Origin: Candidatus Magasanikiibacteriota bacterium
Lineage (GTDB): Bacteria; Patescibacteriota; Patescibacteriia; Magasanikbacterales; UBA922
Length of the DNA: 64,000 nt
Reading direction: 5' to 3'
NCBI GenBank assembly: GCA_016193335.1
Contig: JACPSK010000001.1
Span: 279,424-343,423 of the forward strand
Shown piece after piece: positions 19,201-28,272 of this stretch (position 1 is its first letter; every line of letters begins with the position of its first letter). The notes under the pieces were generated by a model. That model did not search any database. It had not been told where the DNA came from and saw only the letters and a list, made by a program, of their open reading frames with translations. Position numbers and translations under genes: made by a program.

Positions 19201-22200
19201 ATTTGTAAGCAAAATTCCGGCTCCATCCAAGTCTACATATTTTGGACAGTCTACTGATGCATTTAAGCAGGCTATGCCCGGGCTGAGGACGCAAGACCCT
19301 TCTTTTTGAGCGATATTCCCTATCTTTGAATACAAAAGCTGCCCCGGCGGATCGCATTCTTCCGCAGGACCCACGATTCCATTCCCGCAAGTTTCGTCAA
19401 AAGGATTCACGGGCAGAGGTAAGGCGGACTGACACCATTGTTCATCAGTAAAAGACTGAGTATCTATGAGGCCGCTTACGATTTCATCGTCAAGATTGAA
19501 AAATTCCAGATTTCCATGCAACACATAGCCTTGAGTGTCCTTTTGATATTCATACTCATACACGCTCGAAAAAGCCGGACACATGTACAGTGACTTGCTT
19601 TCATTCCAACAAGTATTGGGGTCCTGCAAGACGCAAGAATCATTTTCACCGGGGCAATCTTGATCTGAAGCGCAACCCAGAAAAACGCCTTGCTCTTCGG
19701 AACTGCCGCCCAAACACAATCCGCAAGAAGACCAACGGTTGATAGGATCCACCGGCAAACCACCCACCGAGGCGGCCAAAGTAGCACTCCAGGAAGGCCA
19801 TTTTGAGACCGTGTAACCCGGGACGAAAGTGCCGGACTTAAGATCTCCTTTAAAAGTCGGCAGACCTTCATTGGTGCTGAAATGGGTATTTATGTTTTTG
19901 AGAGCTTGCTGAATGCCGGGCAAACGCGCCCAATCTCTGAAAAACTTTGTTTTTGCGTTGGAACAAACACCGCTCGTCGTCGGGAGACCTTGGGCATCAA
20001 CCAGAGGCGAACCGCCGGCATCTCTGCAGTCAAAATCCGTTTCACAGGTTTTATCGGTTATATCATTGGCGTCTTCGCCAAAACGAATATCAAAAGATCC
20101 GTCTGCCATGCAATATTTGTGATCGCTCAAATTTGTATTGAACTCAAGTGAAGATACGAGCTGTTCCAATACGTCTTTTGTAGAAGAATCAGCGTCCGGA
20201 TTGATACTCAATAAATATATGTTATTAAATATGTCGCTTCCCGCTCCGTCCTCCACGAAATTCAAGGCGTTGACATAATAATTGGTATTGTCGCTGAGAG
20301 CTTCATAATTCGCGACGTTTTTCTCTTGCATAGTCCCCAAATCTTCAAATTTTTCAGCGTACCAGGCGCCCAAGGATTTCGCTTTCCCTTCTTCATCCAT
20401 GTTTTTAAAAATTTGCAGTCCGACCACATCTTTATTTTCCGGTTTATCATTGAAAAAGAGAATTTTGCGCAAAACATCTTGAGCCAACAATTTTTTGCCT
20501 TCATCCACTTCAAAAGAAATATCAACGCAAGAATCCGTCACTTTCCAAGCGACAGAAGCGTTAACGCAACTTTCATTCTGAGCCTGGTCACAATCCGCGC
20601 TTGCGGAGCAAGATATATATGTTGAACCATAAAGCGGCGGATATTGTATATTCCCGTTCGCGTCCGTTTTTCTGCAAAATTTTTCCGTGGGCAATGACGT
20701 CAACTTGCAACCATTTGTTTTTAACTCGACGGCGCTCAATTCCAGCTTGCACTCAGGAGTATACATAGGATAGCCCGGACTCGTGTTGACAGCGGGAAGA
20801 TTATACAAAGGAACGCATTGGCTGTCTTCCAAGCAAGAAGTTCCGGGTGCCAGCAAACAATTCCCCGGAACTTTAATTTGGACGTCTTGTTCATTTTGGA
20901 TCTCAAATATATTGTTCAAAAACGGCAAGTCGTCCGAGGTGTCACCGGCGTTACCGGCGTCCGCGCAATAACTCATGCTAAAATTGTACTTCTCGTCTTT
21001 CCACGGCGACCATGAACCATCGGCTTCAAAAGCCGGCCAAGGGTTTTCACAAAAATTCGCGGTCAAATCCATGATTTCGGTAAATTTAAAGCCCTCTTGG
21101 CTGTCTTCGCCCTTGTCGGTTATGATTTCAGCCGCGACAATACCATTGATATGGCCCTCCACGTCTTTGGAGCTAATCGTATTGTCGGGTTTGTTGATAT
21201 CCGGAATATCAAAAATGATATTGTTCACCGGATCCCATTTCCAAACCCAATCATAGACATCTTTAATGGGCACGATAAACTGTCCGTTCGCGCTCTCCGC
21301 TTTTACATTGAAATCCTTTCCTTGGCCGGGTTTATTGAACAAATAGGAATCCGGATCCACTTGAATATCTTTTATCTTGCAAATTTCATTTCCTGTTTTG
21401 AAAACCCAAATATCATCTCGAACCAGCAAGAAAGAATCCGCACTTTTAATGCCCACCCCGTCAATATCTCGTATGCCGGTTAAGCCACCATTCAAGAGGA
21501 CGCCATAAATACTGTTTTCATCCAAAAGCTTTCCTATATATATGGAAACAAGAGAAGCTTTAAGCGGCGTCTCACCGGCTACTGTTATTGTTTTGGCTTC
21601 AAAAGAAACCGGGATTTCACCCGCGCACCAGGTTTGTATATCGGTTAAATCTTTGATTTCAAAATAAGAAAGCGCGAAAGCTATCTTATTGAACAGCATC
21701 ACGAAAAAGTCTTTTATTTGTTTCCACATTTGATAAAAAAATCCGCCGTCGCTCTTGAGAACCAAAGTATTTATACCCATGGCATCCTGAACTTTTTCAG
21801 TAATGTCGTATCCGCCCGAACTTGCACAGTCATAGCCGGCCTCGGGATGTGCTTTTACTATGACTATATTATTATTGAGCGAGTCAACTTCAATTTCTTT
21901 GTTAAAACGCGCTTCTATATATGTGTTTCTGCATACGGCATTGTCAGGATCTCCGATCCCTGCTTGACCGGGAGGGTACTCTTCATATCTCAAAGGCCGA
22001 AGAGCACAGCAAGAATTATAAGCCACACCATAGAGATTGCCCCCATTCCCCCCGTTCACTACGCAATCATTATATTGTTCACTGACATCCTGAACTTTAA
22101 ATTCGGTGTACCCGCATTGAAGCGTATAATCTCCTGAACCGGAAGCATCATTGGGGATGCCAGGATTGCCATCTAACTTCACAGTGATGTCCGTGTTTTG

Positions 22201-25200
22201 CTTTCCATCCGTGACTGTGCCTTTCCCTATGGCGGTCACTACCTGCACCGGGCTACTGCTCGTAAAGTTGAAATTCAAAGTTTCCGCCGCTTTCTCGCAT
22301 TGACCATACTCTCCAAGACCAACTTTTCCTCCTGTTGCAAGTCCGTCGCCGCAAATTGATGAAGAAAAATATTTGGGTGAAGAACCAAGGAGCTGACATT
22401 CATCAGAGCAGCCTTCTAAACCTTTTTGACAACGGAAACCATTTTGTTGCGCGCTTGAATATTCGGGTATATTGGTGGAACAAATGTTTCCTTGGAGAAG
22501 ACAACGGGATCCACAGGCCGCTTTCGCCGCGTTTGTCTCTATCATAACATTTTCAGCGTAGTTACCGGCCACGTACACTTTGTTATTAATGACTTCGCAT
22601 TCTTCTCCATCCTCTATAACCGCATTGCCACAGATACTGAGGGATTCTTGACAGGCTTCTGCTTCTTCTTTGCTTTTGTTTGTTTTTTGTTCGCACCAGT
22701 AAGTAGCCAGCTGGGTGCCTATGTGTAAGCAGGTATCAGTACAAAATATATTTGACTGAGATTTATCCGTAGCGTCTTCGTAACTCAAGGCCATGTCACA
22801 GGCCTCGCCAAGACCCACCTCTCCGTCCCCGCACCACGATTGCCCCACCAACTCTGAATTGAACTGGCTGTAAGGCAGAGAACCTGTCAGCGCAGCGCCT
22901 TCTGGCGTGCTGGAACTGAATAGACAGTGCGTATCGCAGACACCCTCAGCCCATTTCAAGGTTCCGTCAGCGTTCTTTTCATTCAAATCACAATCTTCAC
23001 CCGGATCTTTTACGCCATTCCCGCAGAGAGGAAATGTTAATAAGACCGCGTTCGATAAATCACTGCCTTTCGGCAAACATAAAGGAGAACAAAAATCAGA
23101 CCATCCGAAACCGGTATGAAAATTGCTCACTGAAGCGACACTATTCCCATCCAGTTCATCTTTGTCTTCCGGGGTATACCAATCATACCCATAGTCCCAT
23201 TTATTCAATTTTTGTCCGTATTTGCTACATTCGTTTGGAGAACTGTAAGGAACAACGCCGTATTTTGTCTTCTCTCCTATGTTATAGGCAGTAAATGGAT
23301 CCGGTTCTACTTTGAGATCATTGGCCGCGCAAGGCGTGGCATCATTTTTTGTCTTAAATATCCATTCAAAAGGCTGGAGAGCTTTCCCTTGTTTAAAACT
23401 TCCATCCCCATTGATGAAATCAATGGAACGAATGGCAGAACTGAGACTCACCTTGTAATAGGTATTTTTGTCCAGAGAATCCGGATCCACCACCAATTTT
23501 AATTTGTTACTGCTATCAATATCATAAGCAGTGTTTGATATCTGCGTGGGATTGACGCAATTCGCGTTGTCACATTTGAACAAAACGAAACCCGCCTCAT
23601 AGGTGGACGGATCCATGTGTCTGTTGAAATGCGCGGCAATACTCGCGTTGATGCAAGATTCTGAACAATTTGGTTCCCAATAGATAACTTTCGGATCCCC
23701 AAGTTGGATATTAAGCAGACTGTAAGGCGACAAAAGCGTAGTAAGAGCTCCGGCCCCTTCTGTGGCTTCTTTGATAACAATTTCAGCCTCTGCTTCGATA
23801 TGAACAGGGGTAATGGCTGTATCTTCTTTTGCTCTGGCGATCCCTCTCGTATCTGTGTATTGAGGCGGATTTGGCCAATTATGAGCCGTAGCTTTGACAA
23901 GATCAGAACTGTCCCACACCCAACCTTTGCCGTCCACCGGAAGGACCGAACATTCCTGATCTCCATACCCGTTGATGAAATAATGCAAAGGATTAGTCGG
24001 AACCGCGAATATATCTTCCATATCTTGAACCGGATACTTGGGGTCCTGAACAGTACCCAGTTTGTCGGTGCTGTATTGAATGGGATTAACACCGGCATTG
24101 CTCAATACGCATAATTTATCATTGGTTTTGAAAGCGAAACAATAGGCAGTGCCTTCGCCGCAGGGTCTGGTTTCCTTGAGTGAACCGCTCTGGATCACCG
24201 ATTCGCCGAGAAGCTGAACGGTTTCCTGTGATTTGATATCTTTGGAAAGTTCAACATTGTACCAAGTATTGGGCGATAAATACGTCTCAGGGCTGTCATT
24301 TTCTTTTATAATCAAGATCTCATTCTCCAATTTCAAATCAAGGTTTGTTAGCTGTTCTTTTTTTGCGGCGCAATCCATGGCTCCGTCTTCAGCAGTATCG
24401 CAGACATAGACCTTCACATTATTGGAAGTGAGGGTGCCCGTATCCATGGACATACTGAAACGAACCGCGATACTCGCGTTTTTGCAGGAAGCTTCTCCCA
24501 ATTTCAGATTCTGTTCCCAAGGAGTTGGAGATGGAAATTCCTGCTGAATGTCAAGTTTATTCCAATTCGCCACATTACAATCCTCAATCACATAAGGACG
24601 GTTGGGTATGAGGCCCGTGGTAAAACGCCATACATATCCCGCGTCACGGGTTTCTCCGGGGCACACATAACCATTACCTATCCATTGACCAGCCCCCGGT
24701 CCTTCGGTACAGCAGGTATATCCGGTACCCGGAGCTGTGGCTCCCGTTTCTCTGCAATCTGAAACAGTGTAGAGCACTCCGTTGCTTACTTGCTCTGAAT
24801 CTGATTTTACTTTTATAAGTCCGCTCTGCATGGAAAGACCGGTACCCACATCTACAGGAAGCAATGTCCTAACCAAGGTATCAACAGACTGCAAAATGAC
24901 ATTTTCGCCGCCGAATTTGTCTTGCTCAGAATTCAGCCAGGTGTTGAGCGTATCGGCTTGAGCCCCGTTCTGCCAATAATACACCGTTGGATCGGTGGAA
25001 AAACCATAACCTCTGATATACAAACCCTCGCTCTCTTTGGGCAAAGGAGCCGGGCCTTTATTCGGGTCGAGCAAACAGATGCTGGGTAAAGGCAGACCTT
25101 CATATACTCCAAAAGTATCCAGGCCATTTGAATGCAAAGGCCCGTCGCCTCTTTGAACAATAAGATAATAATTCCCCGCGATCATAGAATCCGGAACCTG

Positions 25201-28200
25201 CACTATAACCTGTGTGTCAGACCAGGTGTCTTTGCAATACGCAGGAAGAGTGGCGTTGGCTTGTGCACAGGTTCCGTCATCCGGACTGCATTCATGACCC
25301 TCTTCGCTTGTAAGATATACGATGCCCGTACTTTCTCCAAAATTCTTTCCAAAAATCGTTATGTAGCTCCCCGGAGTGCTTGACACCGGATCTATGCTTT
25401 CAATGATTGGAGCAAGATCTTTCAAATCTCCGGCCAAAACTTGAAAAGGAACCGCGTTGCTTGTTTTCCCTCCCACTTGCACGGTAACCGGGACCTTGCC
25501 CACGGCAGTATTAAAAGGAACGAGGGACTGTAAGAAATTATCAGTCCATTTATCTTGGTCTACTTGGGCTATGACGCCGCCAAAATCCAGGTTACTCGTC
25601 GCACCCTTTATATTGCCAAAGGATTTGCCATAGGCCTGAATGTCGGTATTCGGCAAAGCGGAAGAAAATTTGTATGAATCTGCCGTAACTACGGCGCAGA
25701 GACCGGGCCGAACGGTTTCATTTTTTATGAAATACCCCGGCTTGCCGCCTGTAATCTGGTCATATTCTTGTTTTGTCAAGTAGCCTTTCGCGGCCGCGTC
25801 CGGGTCTGGGACAGGGTTAGGCCCAAATGCATCGTCGCTTAAATCAAACAAACTCGGGTCGTCTCCCCTGCTCACGCGTATGGCGCTTATCTGGCCCAGG
25901 GCTCCATAGGATCCAAAAACTCCGGTCTGATTGAATAAAGGATTGCTTTCCTTGCTTATTTGAATCGGCGCTTTGCCGTTGACAATATTTACCGGATTTT
26001 GATCGAAAAAACGCAGATACAAGCTAGGCTCAAGAGAAAGGGCCGCGTCTTTGTAATGATCCAAACCTGCCAGAGGATCGTACAAAGCCGCTACCTGGCT
26101 ATCTGACAATGGGGATTCGTACATCAAAAATTCATCTATACTGCCCTTAAAATACAGAGGGGTGAATATAGAACGTTTGCCCAAGTTAATCCCATTTACA
26201 TTTGATTGGGTCAGAGAGCCGGCGCTGAGAGCTGTGGTCTTGAGGACTTTCCCATCAAGATACAAAGCTATTTGTCCGAGAACACTGTCAAAACTTGCCA
26301 CTACATGGTGAAAAACACTGGGAGTAGCAAAGGGAGATGAGATACGTCTGTATTTTGACACGGTCGGATCGAACATTTCGAAATTTATATGCTTCGACAA
26401 ATCAGGGAGCGTATTGAGATACAAACTCCAGCCTCCTCCCGCTTGGCTGAGCCCGCCTCCGGCTACGACTTCAAGACCAGTCTTGCTCCCCTCTCCTCTT
26501 ATCCAAGCGCTTACTGAAAAAGAAGCGGGCGCCTGCTTATATATAGGACTCGGGTTTATACTCAAAGAATCATCCACGCCATCAAAAGCAATGGCGTTAC
26601 CTTTTGGGGCGGGGTTGGGAACTTCCACCACTACAAAACTATCCTGCCAGGTGCTCTTGATCACTTCACTGCACTCCGCCAATTTTGCTTCAATCCATTC
26701 GCTATCTTCATATTCTCCGCTGTCATTTAAATCGGTGGCAAATTCAACTTTCCCGATTTTGGAACCGAAATAATTACCCAATATACTTATCCAATTCCCG
26801 GAAGCCCCGTCCTGCGGAACAATATCCGTGATTTGAGGATATTGCACGCAGGTGTTGTTCACACACTTTAGTCCGGCAGAGCAAGGAGTTGATTCATCAC
26901 AGTAGGCTCCTTCTTCCGCCCCACAAGGTCCGCCGGCGTCAACGTCAGTCTCCCCTTTATCTTTGTCAAATTCTCCGTTGGCGCAATATCCGGGATACAC
27001 GAAAAAATAGGTCTGTTTTTCTGAACTGTTGTGGTCTATATCAAACACCGCGGCTGTAACAATATACTTTGTTTTCGCCGGAATGCCTGAGCCCAAAAAT
27101 AAAGGATAGCTGAAGGTAAAAGGGTTTGCCGATTCATTTTTGTAAGGACCGTCGTAAATGTCGAACACATCTGCCCCATTCTCCGAAGCAATATACAGAT
27201 GGACGTATCCAAGACCAGAATCATCTTCAACGGTAAATTCTATCGGATATGTATTGTTGCTATAGAGCTTGATGCCAGGCTCAACGCTCGGGTTCCCGTC
27301 TGGCAATACAAACTGTATGCCCGTTTTATAAACAGGCGCGGTTTTATCATTAATCTTCTGGTTAACCCCGAAATCGACTTCTTTGAATGTCTCCACGCCG
27401 CAGACAGTACCCTCTTCCAATTTCTCGCCATTAGTCGATTCTATTTCTTTGGGAACTTCAACAAGATATTTGCTATCTGAAAGCGGCAGGCAAGTTTGTC
27501 CTTCTGTTTTGTTTTCATCCGCGCAGTTCTGCTCTTCTCCGGCGTACTTATATCGAGCCTGAATTACTTTTTTACTGTCATCAACAAAGCTGATATCAAA
27601 TAAAGTTGTTATGTCTTCTTTGGTTAATTCATTGTTCCCTCTGTATATTTTCAGAGCGTCTCCCGGAGCAGTGCCCAAGGCCTTACTAAAGACCGCGCGG
27701 ATCACGATATTATTCATGTCTGTGACATCTTGGCTCGGCGTAATGCTTTTCACCACAAAGTGCTGTTCAAAACAAGAACCATAGCCACCCCCGCCGCCAT
27801 TACACTCGGCAACCGTTTGGCAGCCCCCGCCCCCGCCTCCTCCACCTGCGCCAGTGGCCTCCGCGAGCTTGTCCAAGACAAATTGGGTGATGGCGAGAGA
27901 AGACAAAATAATAGCAAGGCCTATAGTGCCATTTATCAAAATTTTCCGCGCTTGCAAAATCTTGTCTTCACTGCCTCCGGCGGTCATGTACACATATCCG
28001 CCGTACAATATAATACCAAGGGCTATGACCCCCAAAAGCCCAAGAAAAATTCGGATTATTTTTGCCACGGTAACGCGAATATCCTGGACTTCCAAATTCA
28101 CGGTTTCGTTTATCTTGGCCACGCCAAAGGTATCGCCTTGCGCCATGGCAAAATCGCTCCACGCAAAAGAAAATAGACCATAAAATAGAAACACGAAAAA

Positions 28201-28272
28201 ACATGGTAGGCCTATTTTGTACAATATTGTGCGAAGAGCTTTGTTCATAGGTAAAACGGAAAGTTTATTCAC
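16201..28272 (-). CDS. Giant (4023 aa) cell-surface adhesin-like protein. N-terminal signal plus two-helix membrane hairpin (TrbC/VirB2-pilin-like), then LamG/ConA-like, IPT-like, Ig-like and many Myxococcus-type Cys-rich (CGDG...ECDDGN..GDGC) repeats
   Basis: Single uninterrupted 12,072-nt ORF whose start overlaps the upstream gene stop by 8 nt. Motifs read from the translation: IIRIFLGLLGVIALGIILYGGYVYMTAGGSEDK...IGLAIILSSLAI, Gly8 linker, LamG block (SFSVSAWIRG...LYLDGKVL), and tandem CGNGKKEGTEACDDGNKKDGDGCSSSC-type repeats (~18150-18420). Confidence 0.8.
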   Translation of the reverse strand: MNKLSVLPMNKALRTILYKIGLPCFFVFLFYGLFSFAWSDFAMAQGDTFGVAKINETVNLEVQDIRVTVAKIIRIFLGLLGVIALGIILYGGYVYMTAGGSEDKILQARKILINGTIGLAIILSSLAITQFVLDKLAEATGAGGGGGGGGCQTVAECNGGGGGYGSCFEQHFVVKSITPSQDVTDMNNIVIRAVFSKALGTAPGDALKIYRGNNELTKEDITTLFDISFVDDSKKVIQARYKYAGEEQNCADENKTEGQTCLPLSDSKYLVEVPKEIESTNGEKLEEGTVCGVETFKEVDFGVNQKINDKTAPVYKTGIQFVLPDGNPSVEPGIKLYSNNTYPIEFTVEDDSGLGYVHLYIASENGADVFDIYDGPYKNESANPFTFSYPLFLGSGIPAKTKYIVTAAVFDIDHNSSEKQTYFFVYPGYCANGEFDKDKGETDVDAGGPCGAEEGAYCDESTPCSAGLKCVNNTCVQYPQITDIVPQDGASGNWISILGNYFGSKIGKVEFATDLNDSGEYEDSEWIEAKLAECSEVIKSTWQDSFVVVEVPNPAPKGNAIAFDGVDDSLSINPSPIYKQAPASFSVSAWIRGEGSKTGLEVVAGGGLSQAGGGWSLYLNTLPDLSKHINFEMFDPTVSKYRRISSPFATPSVFHHVVASFDSVLGQIALYLDGKVLKTTALSAGSLTQSNVNGINLGKRSIFTPLYFKGSIDEFLMYESPLSDSQVAALYDPLAGLDHYKDAALSLEPSLYLRFFDQNPVNIVNGKAPIQISKESNPLFNQTGVFGSYGALGQISAIRVSRGDDPSLFDLSDDAFGPNPVPDPDAAAKGYLTKQEYDQITGGKPGYFIKNETVRPGLCAVVTADSYKFSSALPNTDIQAYGKSFGNIKGATSNLDFGGVIAQVDQDKWTDNFLQSLVPFNTAVGKVPVTVQVGGKTSNAVPFQVLAGDLKDLAPIIESIDPVSSTPGSYITIFGKNFGESTGIVYLTSEEGHECSPDDGTCAQANATLPAYCKDTWSDTQVIVQVPDSMIAGNYYLIVQRGDGPLHSNGLDTFGVYEGLPLPSICLLDPNKGPAPLPKESEGLYIRGYGFSTDPTVYYWQNGAQADTLNTWLNSEQDKFGGENVILQSVDTLVRTLLPVDVGTGLSMQSGLIKVKSDSEQVSNGVLYTVSDCRETGATAPGTGYTCCTEGPGAGQWIGNGYVCPGETRDAGYVWRFTTGLIPNRPYVIEDCNVANWNKLDIQQEFPSPTPWEQNLKLGEASCKNASIAVRFSMSMDTGTLTSNNVKVYVCDTAEDGAMDCAAKKEQLTNLDLKLENEILIIKENDSPETYLSPNTWYNVELSKDIKSQETVQLLGESVIQSGSLKETRPCGEGTAYCFAFKTNDKLCVLSNAGVNPIQYSTDKLGTVQDPKYPVQDMEDIFAVPTNPLHYFINGYGDQECSVLPVDGKGWVWDSSDLVKATAHNWPNPPQYTDTRGIARAKEDTAITPVHIEAEAEIVIKEATEGAGALTTLLSPYSLLNIQLGDPKVIYWEPNCSESCINASIAAHFNRHMDPSTYEAGFVLFKCDNANCVNPTQISNTAYDIDSSNKLKLVVDPDSLDKNTYYKVSLSSAIRSIDFINGDGSFKQGKALQPFEWIFKTKNDATPCAANDLKVEPDPFTAYNIGEKTKYGVVPYSSPNECSKYGQKLNKWDYGYDWYTPEDKDELDGNSVASVSNFHTGFGWSDFCSPLCLPKGSDLSNAVLLTFPLCGNGVKDPGEDCDLNEKNADGTLKWAEGVCDTHCLFSSSTPEGAALTGSLPYSQFNSELVGQSWCGDGEVGLGEACDMALSYEDATDKSQSNIFCTDTCLHIGTQLATYWCEQKTNKSKEEAEACQESLSICGNAVIEDGEECEVINNKVYVAGNYAENVMIETNAAKAACGSRCLLQGNICSTNIPEYSSAQQNGFRCQKGLEGCSDECQLLGSSPKYFSSSICGDGLATGGKVGLGEYGQCEKAAETLNFNFTSSSPVQVVTAIGKGTVTDGKQNTDITVKLDGNPGIPNDASGSGDYTLQCGYTEFKVQDVSEQYNDCVVNGGNGGNLYGVAYNSCCALRPLRYEEYPPGQAGIGDPDNAVCRNTYIEARFNKEIEVDSLNNNIVIVKAHPEAGYDCASSGGYDITEKVQDAMGINTLVLKSDGGFFYQMWKQIKDFFVMLFNKIAFALSYFEIKDLTDIQTWCAGEIPVSFEAKTITVAGETPLKASLVSIYIGKLLDENSIYGVLLNGGLTGIRDIDGVGIKSADSFLLVRDDIWVFKTGNEICKIKDIQVDPDSYLFNKPGQGKDFNVKAESANGQFIVPIKDVYDWVWKWDPVNNIIFDIPDINKPDNTISSKDVEGHINGIVAAEIITDKGEDSQEGFKFTEIMDLTANFCENPWPAFEADGSWSPWKDEKYNFSMSYCADAGNAGDTSDDLPFLNNIFEIQNEQDVQIKVPGNCLLAPGTSCLEDSQCVPLYNLPAVNTSPGYPMYTPECKLELSAVELKTNGCKLTSLPTEKFCRKTDANGNIQYPPLYGSTYISCSASADCDQAQNESCVNASVAWKVTDSCVDISFEVDEGKKLLAQDVLRKILFFNDKPENKDVVGLQIFKNMDEEGKAKSLGAWYAEKFEDLGTMQEKNVANYEALSDNTNYYVNALNFVEDGAGSDIFNNIYLLSINPDADSSTKDVLEQLVSSLEFNTNLSDHKYCMADGSFDIRFGEDANDITDKTCETDFDCRDAGGSPLVDAQGLPTTSGVCSNAKTKFFRDWARLPGIQQALKNINTHFSTNEGLPTFKGDLKSGTFVPGYTVSKWPSWSATLAASVGGLPVDPINRWSSCGLCLGGSSEEQGVFLGCASDQDCPGENDSCVLQDPNTCWNESKSLYMCPAFSSVYEYEYQKDTQGYVLHGNLEFFNLDDEIVSGLIDTQSFTDEQWCQSALPLPVNPFDETCGNGIVGPAEECDPPGQLLYSKIGNIAQKEGSCVLSPGIACLNASVDCPKYVDLDGAGILLTNKEGVCINSKSSNAQEIIYDQLVSTWEPGGLKLVAFGCSSDSECRTASYYDATSFGIVDLDNANPNILNQDGFNQYVAINQQTLTCAKSVTWEFDQCVGAIQGGLGQCPTGNFAKSICSQDCKTWEYGLCTASYTCGNGVVESGEKCDDGALNGTYGHCADSKSALSDGSKVGACQGLHPAYCGDGLVQAGKEVCDIAEAKYAQKPGYCKYANTLCGAVNECNFNLVCTNGACYNSNGKALGLSCSQNSDCVDTCLKDPSYHFSSEFSCAANCKAVGNYCGDGSIQHEYEACDDGNKTNGDGCNTYCEVEEVTLLCGNGKKEGTEACDDGNKKDGDGCSSSCTVEIAKAECGNGKIEQDIGEACDLGKDKNGVKCSPVYGKSCNYCSLDCKNILTIDSGEFCGDGLISGPEQCEPFSSTAILIPQTLAEVQDICLAETQVQTCENDCEDHFQSPWKYGKETLDGYICKNTANPQNRIRVAYGHAPEGVPDTYYGFPIGGINSGVNVSFSSYTKWDQYTDPAKELCNKLYGTSAQPLPFELIPWEDNPDADAFMEKVLVSDVQCKQDCVAAYDSCVAEKSQANSKQLVCDAGPDYTNKGSWVCSSDCLGEPENKCVACGVKTFGPEPLLALLNPMVDPLTGGDTQSLGSGLNWAKLADYDLSLGRKQLKTEGGLGAFFSLEPDDVSLITVKTPSNPFFITSESNIEANLLCKEEYALSFNRLGIQTATGISGSMLQYKAKKKHFFDYPVNGEKEKIVNELVVSPAVPEGVVRVVLRWTDEENKKGGIFSGGLYSSRLAKFSGGDPTKALIRYADAKSAVNPLQKLCKFMVKTDKTVQTDEGSVSEEYWMPAPLNGSGCTGTNGVFVHEIAGAAKTFIQSFTIDPSIIVTAQPHSYGFFVEAVDDVLGSYTNSNLQVDVYSYHEGQVPLYSLYQPDYSFNIKDAADSSSNSLAPYWHVFNFLVSPSADGTYSYGIEPVETIETDICQIKENMPLPPEEKCSL

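Noticed and set aside
27790-27850. Poly-Gly coding tract (G8) as a slipped-strand phase-variation site
   Set aside because: The codons are mixed (ccc ccg ccc ccg cct cct cca cct on the plus strand), not a homopolymer or perfect short tandem repeat. It is more likely a flexible linker.
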